A DNA stretch of 64,000 nucleotides, from NCBI GenBank assembly GCA_963544075.1, contig CAUUDV010000001.1, positions 727 through 64,726 of the forward strand. The letters run 5' to 3'. Of the stretch, positions 11,534-21,248 are shown one piece after another. A model generated the notes under the pieces. The model did no database searches and had not been told where the DNA came from. It saw only the letters and a program-made list of their open reading frames with translations. Position numbers and translations under genes: made by a program. The stretch comes from an uncultured Acholeplasmataceae bacterium. Its GTDB lineage: Bacteria; Bacillota_I; Bacilli_A; Acholeplasmatales; Acholeplasmataceae. Position 1 is the stretch's first letter, and each line of letters starts with the position of its first letter.

Positions 11534-11650
11534 GATGTTTCCTTTTAAAAGCCATTGGCCGATTGACTTATCTGAACGGGTCAGGTCTTGATTGAAGCAG
11601 CCATCAGGGTATAGCCACTGTGGCCAATGGTCTTTAAAAGGAAACATTTT
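11534..11650 (+). ncRNA. ffs: Small (4.5S-type) signal recognition particle RNA
   Basis: A closing helix of about 25 bp pairs atgtttccttttaaaagccattggcc with ggccaatggtctttaaaaggaaacat. The apical part contains GGTCAGGTC...GAAGCAGCC, the conserved SRP domain IV signature. A T-run follows. The ends are approximate. Confidence 0.8.
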
Positions 11651-11673
11651 TTAAACCCTAGTAAGGAGGATTT

Positions 11674-12315
11674 ATGAAATTCAATTTAACTGACAGAGTG
11701 CCTGCCTACACTCAACAAATCGACAAAAGAACTCTAGAAATTTACTTTATGACTGAATCTGAGAAAGCCATTTGGCACAAAAAAGGTCTACTTAAAGTTT
11801 GGGACATTACTCCTCAAACCGCAAGACTTTTAATAGACCAGGCTTACTTTGAAACAGGTTCAATTAAAAGACTTTACGAGCAAGACGTTAACGCTGAATA
11901 CTTGGCGTACGCAGACGGGATTAACTCAATTAAAAACCGCATATTTATTCCGGTATTTTTAGGTATTTTAATTGGATTTATTGCAGCCGCCACTACTATT
12001 GCTGTGCTTTCTTCTAAGTTCCCACAAGTTAAATCTTGGTCATTTTGGGTGCTAATCGGGCTTTTGATTGTTGTTTTTGGTCTAGTTTTTGGAATTTCTC
12101 GCCAAATTACTAAAAAAATGTCAGCACTTCACAATAAGTTTTTTACAAACATTTTAGCCTTAGTTGGAGAAGATAACTTCAAAGTCTTAGAAGCAGAAAC
12201 TGAGGAATATAAAAAAACTGTGTTAAATCAAGAAGTTGCCGCAAACTCGGCAGACAAAACAGTAGAACCTGTTGAAGTTGAAGAACCAATAGCCAAAGAA
12301 TCTAAAGAAAAATAA
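11674..12315 (+). CDS. Hypothetical membrane protein (two central TM helices, acidic C-terminal tail)
   Basis: Strong RBS taaggagga. Hydrophobic segments IFIPVFLGILIGFIAAATTIAVL and WSFWVLIGLLIVVFGLVFGI. No recognisable catalytic motif. Confidence 0.6.
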   Translation: MKFNLTDRVPAYTQQIDKRTLEIYFMTESEKAIWHKKGLLKVWDITPQTARLLIDQAYFETGSIKRLYEQDVNAEYLAYADGINSIKNRIFIPVFLGILIGFIAAATTIAVLSSKFPQVKSWSFWVLIGLLIVVFGLVFGISRQITKKMSALHNKFFTNILALVGEDNFKVLEAETEEYKKTVLNQEVAANSADKTVEPVEVEEPIAKESKEK

Positions 12316-14219
12316 TGAAAACTGAAAAAGATTTAGATAAACTTTGCATAGATACCCTAAAAATGCTTGGGGTTGACACCATTAACAACGTCAACTCAGG
12401 CCATCCTGGGATAGTTTTAGGGGCAGCCGCTCCTGTTTACTATCTTTACAACTACGCAATCAATCAAAACCCAAAAGATCCACTTTGGGCAAACCGTGAC
12501 CGTTTTTATTTATCTGCTGGACACGGCTCTGCTCTACTTTACTCACTTTTGCATCTTGCAGGATTTGATTTAACAATTGATAACTTAAAGAACTTTCGCA
12601 GACCCGGAAACACACCTGGACACCCTGAATTTAGAGAAACTCCAGGAGTTGAGGCAACAACTGGTCCACTTGGCCAAGGTGTTGCAATGGCAGTAGGTTC
12701 AGCAATTGCGGAGGCTCATTTAAACAAAGTAAATGGACCCGCATACACTGATTACTATACATACTGCTTATGTGGAGACGGAGATCTGCAAGAAGGTGTG
12801 GCTATGGAAGCGATTTCTTTAGCCGGCCGACTTAAACTAAATAAGTTAATTATGTTGTTTGACTCAAACGACATTCAATTAGATGGTCCGACTTCTTTAA
12901 CATGTGAAACTAATTTTAAATTAAAGTTCTTAGCAGATGGTTGGAACTATATTTTAGTTACAAACCCATACGACAAGGCTGAGTTTTTAGAAGCAATCCG
13001 CGTGGCTAAAGAATCAGAACTTCCTACAGTTATTGAAATGAAAACCACAATTGGACAAGGTGCAACAAAAGAGGCTACCAACAAAGTTCATGGCTCTCCA
13101 CTTGGTGCACTTGAACGCGACTTACTTGCTGAAAAACTTGGATACCAATTAAAACCATTTGAAGTAGATCCGCTGGTTTACAAACATTTTCAAGATAATT
13201 TCTTAAAAAGAGGTCTGGAAAAATACACTGTCTATTCTAAATTAAAACCACTTAAAAAGCAAAGTCTAGACTTTGATTTAAGCAAATTGCTCGCCAAAAT
13301 CCCTGAGAAACAAGCAACTCGCAAGTCTTCCGGTGACATATTGACCTATATTTCTAGCCAAGTTCCTGCATTATTTGGTGGGTCCGCAGACCTTTCTTCG
13401 TCAACTTGTGTAAAAGGAGTAGACGGTGATTTTGATCACACCAACAGACTTGGTCGCAACTTAAACTTCGGAGTTCGCGAACACTCAATGGCAGCAATTG
13501 CCAATGGGATCGCACAAACCGGTGTACTTAGACCTTTTGTCTCTGGTTTTTTTGTTTTTTCTAATTATATGCTTCCAGCAATCCGTCTATCTGCTCTGCA
13601 AAAACTGCCAGTAATGTATATTTTTACCCATGATTCTGTATTTTTAGGCGAAGACGGGCCAACCCATCAACCAATTGAACATCTTACTCAACTTAGATGT
13701 ATGCCAAATGTAAACGTGATTAGACCATGTGACTATAAAGAAACTTTGGCGGCTTATAAGTTAATGCTTTCTGAAAATGACTTTCCTTCAGTTTTGGTTT
13801 TAACTCGCCAAAACGTACTTGAAAACCCAAACTCTCAACTAGACATTCAAAAAGGTGCCTACATTATTAAGCCTGAGCAAAACAAACTTTCACTTACTTT
13901 AATTGCAACTGGTTCAGAAGTTACTTTAGCAATTGAAGCGGCAAAAGTCCTTGAAACTAAAGGTCAAGGTGTGCGCGTAGTTTCAATGCCTTCTTGTTTT
14001 TTGTTTGACAGACTTACTAAATCTGAGCAAGCAGAAATTTTAGGCAACGCTAAAATTGTAGCAGTAGAAGCAGGCTCTGCTTATTCTTGGTATAAATACA
14101 CACCTCATGTTTTTGGAATAAATAATTTTGGACTAAGTTCATCTGAAGCCGAAATTCGCGAAAAATTAAAATTCACCAAAGCAGATTTAGTGGATTTTAT
14201 CGAAAATGCAGTTAAATAA
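12315..14219 (+). CDS. tkt: Transketolase
   Basis: 634 aa with NSGHPG, the ThDP motif GDGDLQEG, and EDGPTHQPIEH. Confidence 0.95.
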   Translation: MKTEKDLDKLCIDTLKMLGVDTINNVNSGHPGIVLGAAAPVYYLYNYAINQNPKDPLWANRDRFYLSAGHGSALLYSLLHLAGFDLTIDNLKNFRRPGNTPGHPEFRETPGVEATTGPLGQGVAMAVGSAIAEAHLNKVNGPAYTDYYTYCLCGDGDLQEGVAMEAISLAGRLKLNKLIMLFDSNDIQLDGPTSLTCETNFKLKFLADGWNYILVTNPYDKAEFLEAIRVAKESELPTVIEMKTTIGQGATKEATNKVHGSPLGALERDLLAEKLGYQLKPFEVDPLVYKHFQDNFLKRGLEKYTVYSKLKPLKKQSLDFDLSKLLAKIPEKQATRKSSGDILTYISSQVPALFGGSADLSSSTCVKGVDGDFDHTNRLGRNLNFGVREHSMAAIANGIAQTGVLRPFVSGFFVFSNYMLPAIRLSALQKLPVMYIFTHDSVFLGEDGPTHQPIEHLTQLRCMPNVNVIRPCDYKETLAAYKLMLSENDFPSVLVLTRQNVLENPNSQLDIQKGAYIIKPEQNKLSLTLIATGSEVTLAIEAAKVLETKGQGVRVVSMPSCFLFDRLTKSEQAEILGNAKIVAVEAGSAYSWYKYTPHVFGINNFGLSSSEAEIREKLKFTKADLVDFIENAVK

Positions 14220-16074
14220 TCGCATATTTGACTCAATCGTAATTGGGGCAGGGCATGCCGGTATTGAGGCCGCCGCTGCCCTTTCTCGTTTAGGCAAGTC
14301 AGTTTTATTTATCACAGGAGATAAATCTCAAATTGCCACCCTTCCCTGCAATCCGTCAATTGGTGGACCTGCGAAGGGTGTTTTAGTGCGAGAAATTGAC
14401 GCACTGGGTGGTTTGATGGCCAAAGTTGCAGATAGCGCCACCATTCAAATGCGTAGGCTAAACTCGTCTAAGGGTCCTGGTGTTTGGGCACTTCGTGCAC
14501 AAATTGACAAAGAAATTTATCCGAAAAACATGTTAAAAGAATTAAAGAAACTAAAAAACATAGTTTTCCTGCACGAATACGCAACTGGGTTACTAGTTGA
14601 AAACCAAACAGTAGTCGGTGCAGTTACTGAAAGCAACATAAAGTATTTTGCCAAAACCGTTGTATTGACAACAGGTACCTATTTAGCATCACGAATTTTG
14701 ATAGGCAGTGAGACTTATCAAACTGGACCTGACGGCAAACGCACAACTTCAGGAATTTCTGAGTCTTTGAGAAAGGCAGGTTTTGAAATCGTTAGACTAA
14801 AAACTGGAACTCCGCCAAGAATTGACTCAAACTCAATTGACTTTACTGAACTTGCAAATCAAGATGAGAACAACCCAGAACTTAGATTTTCATACTACAC
14901 AAAAGCGAAGCACAAAGCAAATTTAAATCTGCATACTCTCCATACTACCATGAATACTAAAGAGACGATTTTGGAAAATCTAAAATATTCACCACTGTAT
15001 TCAGGAGTAATTGAAGGTAGAGGTCCTAGATATTGCCCTTCAATTGAAGACAAGATTGTCAGATTCAAAGAAAAAGATATTCATCAAATTTTTGTAGAAC
15101 CTGAAAGTATTAAAAACAACTTAACCTACTTACAAGGCCTTTCTACATCACTTCCGCGTTTTGTGCAAAGAAAGTTAGTTTCAAGTTTACCTGGATTTGA
15201 GACAGGCAAAATCATTAGATACGGCTACGCAATTGAATACGATGCTATCAATCCTTTTCAACTATATTTGTCTTTAGAAACCAAAATCCTTAAAAACCTA
15301 TTTACTGCAGGTCAAATCAACGGAACTTCTGGATACGAAGAGGCAGCTTGTCAAGGTTTGATTGCAGGCACAAACGCTGCTGCTAAAATAGATAACATTG
15401 AACCGCTTATTTTAAAAAGAAACGAGGCCTATACTGGGGTGTTGATTGACGACATAGTTACCAAGGGAGCTGATGAACCTTATAGAATGCTGACATCTCG
15501 TGCCGAGTATAGACTACTTTTAAGAGATGATAACGCTGACTTTAGACTGTCTGAAATTGCATATAATCGGGGTCTGATAGATATCGAAACGTATCAAAAA
15601 TATTTACTTAAAAAGGGTCTTGTTAAGCGATTAACCGAGATTTTAACAAACACAAAAATAACACCAATTAAGTCGGTTTTAAACCATCTTTCTAAATATA
15701 ATGTATCGCTTTATGAGTCTATTTCTTTAGCAAATTTACTTAAAAGACCAGAGGTTAATTTAAAGGTTTTAAGTCCTTTTATAAAAGAAAAATTTCCAGA
15801 AGAAGTAAAACTTGCTGCAGAGATACAAATTAAATACGAAGGCTACATCTTAAAGGAAATCAAGACTGCTGAGAAGTTCAAGTTCCTTGAAAACTTCAAA
15901 ATTCCTGCAGACATTGACTACAGCCAAGTTGCTAACTTGGCCTTTGAATGTAGAGAAAAATTAGAAAAAGTTAAACCAAAAACTTTAGGACAAGCCTCAA
16001 GGATACTCGGAGTTAATCCAAGTGATATTCAAATTCTTTCTATCTATATTCAAAAAAGTAAAGAGAAAAGATAA
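14206..16074 (+). CDS. mnmG: tRNA uridine 5-carboxymethylaminomethyl modification enzyme MnmG (GidA)
   Basis: FAD motif VIGAGHAGIEAA, plus GPRYCPSIEDK and GQINGTSGYEEAA. It lies upstream of rsmG, as is typical. Confidence 0.97.
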   Translation: MQLNNRIFDSIVIGAGHAGIEAAAALSRLGKSVLFITGDKSQIATLPCNPSIGGPAKGVLVREIDALGGLMAKVADSATIQMRRLNSSKGPGVWALRAQIDKEIYPKNMLKELKKLKNIVFLHEYATGLLVENQTVVGAVTESNIKYFAKTVVLTTGTYLASRILIGSETYQTGPDGKRTTSGISESLRKAGFEIVRLKTGTPPRIDSNSIDFTELANQDENNPELRFSYYTKAKHKANLNLHTLHTTMNTKETILENLKYSPLYSGVIEGRGPRYCPSIEDKIVRFKEKDIHQIFVEPESIKNNLTYLQGLSTSLPRFVQRKLVSSLPGFETGKIIRYGYAIEYDAINPFQLYLSLETKILKNLFTAGQINGTSGYEEAACQGLIAGTNAAAKIDNIEPLILKRNEAYTGVLIDDIVTKGADEPYRMLTSRAEYRLLLRDDNADFRLSEIAYNRGLIDIETYQKYLLKKGLVKRLTEILTNTKITPIKSVLNHLSKYNVSLYESISLANLLKRPEVNLKVLSPFIKEKFPEEVKLAAEIQIKYEGYILKEIKTAEKFKFLENFKIPADIDYSQVANLAFECREKLEKVKPKTLGQASRILGVNPSDIQILSIYIQKSKEKR

Positions 16075-16076
16075 TC

Positions 16077-16706
16077 ATGAAAGACATTTTTAGTAAATTT
16101 AACATTGAATTAACAGATGAGCTAGTTTTGAAAATTGACAAGTATTACTCACTTTTAATTGAAGAAAATAAAAAAGTTAATTTAACTAGAATCGTTGATA
16201 AAACTGAGTTTTTAGTTAAACATGTTCTAGACTCCATTTTACCTTTTTTTAAAAAATATGACTTTATTAAGGTTAAGTCTATTTTAGATATTGGCTCAGG
16301 TGCGGGGTTTCCAGGTATTATCATTGCTTTATTTTTCCCAAGCGTTGAAGTTATTTTAACTGAGTCTATTGGCAAAAAAGCAAGGTTTTTAACATTAGTT
16401 AAAGATGAACTAAATCTGACCAATCTAAAAGTTATTAACGACAGAGTTGAAAACATTAAAGGAGTTTCAGTTGATTTAGTGACAGCCCGTGCAGTTACTG
16501 ATCTTACTTTGTTAGTTAAGTATGCTTTACCGAAATTAACTAAAGGTGGCAAGATGTGTTTCTATAAAGCGACAAAAGCCGCTGAGGAAATTGATGAGTT
16601 TAGGAAAACTAAATTAGTTAATTTAGTTAAAAATTTTTCCCTAACTAAGTTTGTCTTGCCTTTTGAAATGGGTGAAAGAGTTTGCGTATGGATAGAAAAG
16701 AAATAG
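16077..16706 (+). CDS. rsmG: 16S rRNA (guanine527-N7)-methyltransferase RsmG (GidB)
   Basis: SAM motif DIGSGAGFPGI, size of 209 aa, and position after mnmG. Confidence 0.9.
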   Translation: MKDIFSKFNIELTDELVLKIDKYYSLLIEENKKVNLTRIVDKTEFLVKHVLDSILPFFKKYDFIKVKSILDIGSGAGFPGIIIALFFPSVEVILTESIGKKARFLTLVKDELNLTNLKVINDRVENIKGVSVDLVTARAVTDLTLLVKYALPKLTKGGKMCFYKATKAAEEIDEFRKTKLVNLVKNFSLTKFVLPFEMGERVCVWIEKK

Positions 16707-18055
16707 TAAAATTAAATATTTTAAAAACTGGCAATGATGGTGAAGGCATCGCTTACTTAAATAACCAACCAGTCTACATATATGGGGCTACAGAAGGCGA
16801 AGAAGTAGAAGCAAAAATTGCGAAAAACAATCGTGGTGCGCTTGTTGGCAAAATTCTTAAAATTATTCAAAGGTCGCCAAAAAGAGCCGAGGTTTCGACA
16901 AGTTTTCCAGAAACTATAGGGCTTCCTCTAATCCACCTAACTTATCCGGCAACACTCGAATATAAATACAAAAAAATAGTTTTCCATGTTAAAGGAAAAC
17001 TAAGAAAACACATCAACCCCAAAACTTTCAAACACTTCGAAGGTGCTATAAATCCTTTAAATTATCGCAATGAAACTACAGTTTTGTTTAAACAAATCAA
17101 TAAAGCAATTGAATGGGGACTATATAGGCCGAACACTAATTTAGTTGAACCGACCAATAACTTAATTTCACAAGACGAGTTAATCACTAGTTTTTTAAAT
17201 TATTTTAAAATAACGCTAAGTGAAGTTAACTTTCCAGTAGTAGATAAAAAACCGTTTGGTCTGTTTGCAGTTTCTGTACGTAAAGCAACTAACTCAGATT
17301 TAGCAGTTAACTTACATTTTTACGGTGATTATAATTTCAAAGAACTTACTAACTTAATTTATAGTTCCGAGTTTTCACTTAAACAGTTTGGTGTTTTTGT
17401 CTATAAAGACAAAAACACAAAACAGCATGAGGCTGACTATAGATTACTTAAGGGCCAATACTTTTTTAACACTAACTTTTTAAATAAAAATTACTATGTT
17501 ACTGCTAACTCTTTCTTTCAGTTAAACTACCATACATTTCAAAACATAATTGCATACATTAAAGACTTTGAAATATTTAGACCAACTGACATCCTTTTAG
17601 ATGCATTTTCTGGAGTTGGTGTTTTTGGTCTTGAACTTGCAAGTAAAGTCAAAGAAGTGTATTGTGTTGAGTTAATTAAAGACCAAGTTTTGGCTTTAAA
17701 GAAAAACATATATGAAAACAAAATACCAAACGTTAAAGCCATGGTTTCAAATGTTTTAACTTGGGTTGACTATAAAAAGCATGATTTTGATGTCATGTTA
17801 TTTGACCCACCAAGAACCGGACTGGGCGAAACAGTGTGTAGGTTTATTTGCGCAAAAAAACCAAGAAATGTGGTTTATGTTTCTTGTAATGTTGAAACTT
17901 TAGTTAAAGACTTAAAAATGCTTTCAGAAGAATATGAAATTACTTCAATAAAAGGTTTTGATATGTTTCCATATACCGCACACGTTGAAACTGTGGCACT
18001 TTTGACTAAAAAATACAACAAAACAGTCAGCAAGGTAGATGTTACAAAATGTTAG
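16688..18055 (+). CDS. 23S rRNA (uracil-C5)-methyltransferase, RumA/RlmCD family, with a TRAM-like N terminus
   Basis: Motifs GNDGEGIAY...GEEVEAKI (TRAM-like), FFQLN, DAFSGVGVFG, FDPPRTG and YVSCN. The ATG at 16688 is preferred over the TTG at 16682. Confidence 0.85.
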   Translation: MDRKEIVKLNILKTGNDGEGIAYLNNQPVYIYGATEGEEVEAKIAKNNRGALVGKILKIIQRSPKRAEVSTSFPETIGLPLIHLTYPATLEYKYKKIVFHVKGKLRKHINPKTFKHFEGAINPLNYRNETTVLFKQINKAIEWGLYRPNTNLVEPTNNLISQDELITSFLNYFKITLSEVNFPVVDKKPFGLFAVSVRKATNSDLAVNLHFYGDYNFKELTNLIYSSEFSLKQFGVFVYKDKNTKQHEADYRLLKGQYFFNTNFLNKNYYVTANSFFQLNYHTFQNIIAYIKDFEIFRPTDILLDAFSGVGVFGLELASKVKEVYCVELIKDQVLALKKNIYENKIPNVKAMVSNVLTWVDYKKHDFDVMLFDPPRTGLGETVCRFICAKKPRNVVYVSCNVETLVKDLKMLSEEYEITSIKGFDMFPYTAHVETVALLTKKYNKTVSKVDVTKC

Positions 18056-18266
18056 ACCACATATAAAAAGGTTAAATAATTTTATAAAAAATCAAGGAAA
18101 CACATTGAAAATGCTGAGCATTGACTGTAAAACAAAATAATATACAAAAATTTAATTAGTTAAAATTATTAAAGTTGTTTTAATTAAAGAATTTTATTTT
18201 TTTGACTCTTTAACTTTTTTAAGTAAAAAAAGATTTTCATATAAATATATTGTCGAGGTGATATTT

Positions 18267-18980
18267 ATGAAAAAACTTTATTTACTTGTTTCGTTTATTT
18301 TAGTAAGCATACTGTTTTTAAGTGTTTTATATCCAAGCAAAGCAAGCGCAAAAACAAATCTATATCCATATGTTCGTTTTTACATGCTAGATAAAACAGC
18401 AAAATTGATTAACTTTTATACAGAAGAACCAAAAAAGAAGTTGTCAGACGAAGATAAAAATGAAAGGGCTAGATTAGAGATCGCAAAACGAAACACCTCA
18501 TATAGGCATATAAATAAAGAGTATGTATATTATCTTAATTATGCAAAAAAGGTTTCTTTTGTTTTACAAGTTGTATCTGAATTTTCTAATCAAGGTTCAA
18601 CTAGTACAGTACAAGAAATTACAACAGAGAGAATCGTTGAGGAAAGCGAAAAGTATACACAAAGCGGTTCTTTTAAAATGAGTATGAGCGGTACTATTAG
18701 TACACCAACCAAATCACCGCTTAGCGCAAAAGGCGAAGCAGGTGTTGAAAGTAAACTTGAAAATAAACTAGAAAAAAGTAAATCCGAAAAAAATAAAGAA
18801 ACCAAAACTATTAAAATAGAACCAGGCTGTAAACTGGTGGTTAGAAAAATGGGATACGGTTATCTTTTTAATGGATACGCAACTCGTAGTGTTTTTTGGA
18901 TATACAAAGACTGGGGTGAGTTTCAATTTGTAGAACACACTGGTATCTACATTTCTTATAGAATAGAAAGAGACTACTAG
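18267..18980 (+). CDS. Secreted orphan protein; candidate small beta-pore-forming (aerolysin/ETX-MTX2-like) toxin (function is an inference)
   Basis: RBS gaggtga, then ATG at 18267. Signal peptide MKKLYLLVSFILVSILFLSVLYPSKASA. The Ser/Thr-rich segment SGSFKMSMSGTISTPTKSPLSAKGEAGVESKLE has an alternating polar/hydrophobic pattern. The C terminus is aromatic-rich and beta-like. Confidence 0.55.
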   Translation: MKKLYLLVSFILVSILFLSVLYPSKASAKTNLYPYVRFYMLDKTAKLINFYTEEPKKKLSDEDKNERARLEIAKRNTSYRHINKEYVYYLNYAKKVSFVLQVVSEFSNQGSTSTVQEITTERIVEESEKYTQSGSFKMSMSGTISTPTKSPLSAKGEAGVESKLENKLEKSKSEKNKETKTIKIEPGCKLVVRKMGYGYLFNGYATRSVFWIYKDWGEFQFVEHTGIYISYRIERDY

Positions 18981-19865
18981 ATGACAAAGAAAACAAAATT
19001 AAAGCACCTAGTTTTTCTAACACCAATTTTGGCAATTTTAATAGTTTGTGTAGTGTTAATTACTGTGTATTTAGTTCCAAAAAACTTCAAAGTTAAAACA
19101 ATTAAACAAACTAGTGTTTTTACTGAGTATAAAAACAGACAAAACTTTTATCTTTATACTAACCGAAAAAGTCCTTGGTTTTTAAGTACCGATAAAATTA
19201 AAGGTATTTATTTAAAAGACAAAAATACAAGTGAATCAATTCAGGCCAAACACCTTGAGACAAGATACAGAGGTCCAGAAGAGGTTCAAATAAACAGCAA
19301 GAATACTAAATATTTTCAAAATATTTTAACAGTTTCAATAGTTGATGAATTTAAGAAGAATGTTACTTTTGACTCAAGTCTTTTAGTACTTAATTTTAAA
19401 AATAACAAAAGTTTATCTTTAGAAATTGGGTTAGTTCAAATAATTCAGTCTAGCTTAATTGCAAAACCTTTTGCTTTAGAATACTCAGTTAACGTAACTT
19501 ATGACAGCAGAAATTATCAAGACCGCGTAGATTATCAATTAAAAGTATATGAATTTTCTTTTTCAATTTTAAAAGAATACGCCGATAAAGTTAAAGACAT
19601 TAAAATGCTTTTAGGTAATTCAGATTACAGCTACGAAAAAATGGAACAAAATAAAAGAGTGAACTTCGTAGTTAAAAGAAGAGAACCTGCACTTAATTTA
19701 TGGCAAACTTATAGCCCATTTATTTTGATATTTGTAGACACTGAAGATGGTGTTAAAATAGCCAGACAAAGCGATTTACTGGTAAGTACCTTTGCCCAAA
19801 TTCACAATCTTTTAAAGGTATCTGAAACAACTAAAATAGTTCACACTACGAGTGCAAAACTATGA
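18981..19865 (+). CDS. N-terminally membrane-anchored orphan protein (paralog A)
   Basis: The ATG abuts the upstream stop. Single TM LVFLTPILAILIVCVVLITVYLV. Shares blocks with the next ORF (FYLYTNRKS / IYLYTDSKT; SLSLEIGLVQIIQ / LNLELGKFKIAQ). Confidence 0.6.
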   Translation: MTKKTKLKHLVFLTPILAILIVCVVLITVYLVPKNFKVKTIKQTSVFTEYKNRQNFYLYTNRKSPWFLSTDKIKGIYLKDKNTSESIQAKHLETRYRGPEEVQINSKNTKYFQNILTVSIVDEFKKNVTFDSSLLVLNFKNNKSLSLEIGLVQIIQSSLIAKPFALEYSVNVTYDSRNYQDRVDYQLKVYEFSFSILKEYADKVKDIKMLLGNSDYSYEKMEQNKRVNFVVKRREPALNLWQTYSPFILIFVDTEDGVKIARQSDLLVSTFAQIHNLLKVSETTKIVHTTSAKL

Positions 19866-20689
19866 AAAAAGCAGTACTTGTACTGCTTTTTAGCGTAGTA
19901 ATCCTTGTCTATATATTCGGTGTTTATTCTTTTACTAGTCTACTTTTAAAGAATACAGAACGTCTTTATTTAATTAAAGAACAAAGAAGTGTGATATATC
20001 GTGCTAACGGAAAGTTTAAAATTTATCTTTATACTGACTCTAAAACAACTAAAATCTCAATAAGGAATATCAAGTATTTTCGTCTAACTAGGCTAAATAG
20101 TAAGAATGAACTAACTCTTGAATTTAAAGAAATTAAGATGAGAAAAAGTTTCTTAAACCAGAAAAGAAACTTATTTAAAATCACTTTAGAGTTTTTTACT
20201 CCAAAACTGCTTGCAGATAGCGAAGAGTTTACAACACTTCGAATCACCTTTATTACTAATCAAGTTTTAAACTTAGAACTTGGCAAATTTAAAATCGCAC
20301 AAGCCGATAAGTTTGACTCGCAAGATGTACTTTTTAGTTTTAAAAAAATCCAAATTGAACAGGATTTTTTTAAAACTGGCACTAATTTTGAAGTTAAGTT
20401 TTTGACAGACTTTATCTCTGATACTGCTGAGTTTTATTTTAGTTTATTAAAAGATGATAAATACGCAGTCAGCAAAAACAACAAACAAGAAACTACTTTC
20501 TTTTTTACAAACTCAAAGTTAGCGATTCCTGTTTTAGAACCAGTTATTATTGCCACTGTTAAACTAGATAATGACAAAAAAACTATATATCAAAACTGTT
20601 TAAAAAGAGATATCAGATGCGATTTTGAAGGTTATTTAGACTTTGAAAACATTAAAGATAAAGGTTGGGTAAATACTTATGAACTCTAA
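19862..20689 (+). CDS. N-terminally membrane-anchored orphan protein (paralog B)
   Basis: ATGA start/stop overlap with the upstream gene. Single TM AVLVLLFSVVILVYIFGVY. Paralogous to 18981-19865. Confidence 0.6.
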   Translation: MKKAVLVLLFSVVILVYIFGVYSFTSLLLKNTERLYLIKEQRSVIYRANGKFKIYLYTDSKTTKISIRNIKYFRLTRLNSKNELTLEFKEIKMRKSFLNQKRNLFKITLEFFTPKLLADSEEFTTLRITFITNQVLNLELGKFKIAQADKFDSQDVLFSFKKIQIEQDFFKTGTNFEVKFLTDFISDTAEFYFSLLKDDKYAVSKNNKQETTFFFTNSKLAIPVLEPVIIATVKLDNDKKTIYQNCLKRDIRCDFEGYLDFENIKDKGWVNTYEL

Positions 20690-21248
20690 TTTAAAAGAAG
20701 TATTTATGCTTAAAGATGTAATAGTTCCTTATATTAAAAAACCTTATAATTTGGAAATTAAAGCAGGCGAAAAGGTCTTAATAATAGGTGAAAACGGTAG
20801 CGGAAAAACAACTTTAATTTATCTTTTAATTGGTTTTATTAAACCAAAATCTGGTGTTTTAATAAAGACAGATAAACCGATTTCCTATCTAGCCGAAAAA
20901 GCAGATTTGCCAAGAAATTTAAAGGCAAGTGAGTATCTTGAAATTATAGCAAAGACTAAAAAAGGTTATGTTAATAAAAAACACATAGACTTTTTAGAAC
21001 TGCCTTTAGATATAGAAACTAAAAACTTATCAAAAGGAAATAAACAAAAACTAGCCTTTTTAGCGACTCTTATCGGAGACTCAGAAGTTTTGATTTTAGA
21101 CGAACCTCTTTCTGGATTTGATCCTGAGAAAAAACAGAAAATCGTTGAAATTTTAAAACAAGAAACTAAAGACAAAACTGTGTTAATAATTTCGCACAAC
21201 CCAAAAATATTTAGCAGTTTTATAACAAGAAAGATAACACTATGTTGA
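20679..21248 (+). CDS. ABC transporter ATP-binding protein (short, single NBD)
   Basis: Walker A GENGSGKTT, signature LSKGNKQK, Walker B VLILDEP, H-loop ISHN. An alternative start at ATG 20706 (MLKDV...) gives a more typical N-terminal length. Confidence 0.85.
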   Translation: MNSNLKEVFMLKDVIVPYIKKPYNLEIKAGEKVLIIGENGSGKTTLIYLLIGFIKPKSGVLIKTDKPISYLAEKADLPRNLKASEYLEIIAKTKKGYVNKKHIDFLELPLDIETKNLSKGNKQKLAFLATLIGDSEVLILDEPLSGFDPEKKQKIVEILKQETKDKTVLIISHNPKIFSSFITRKITLC

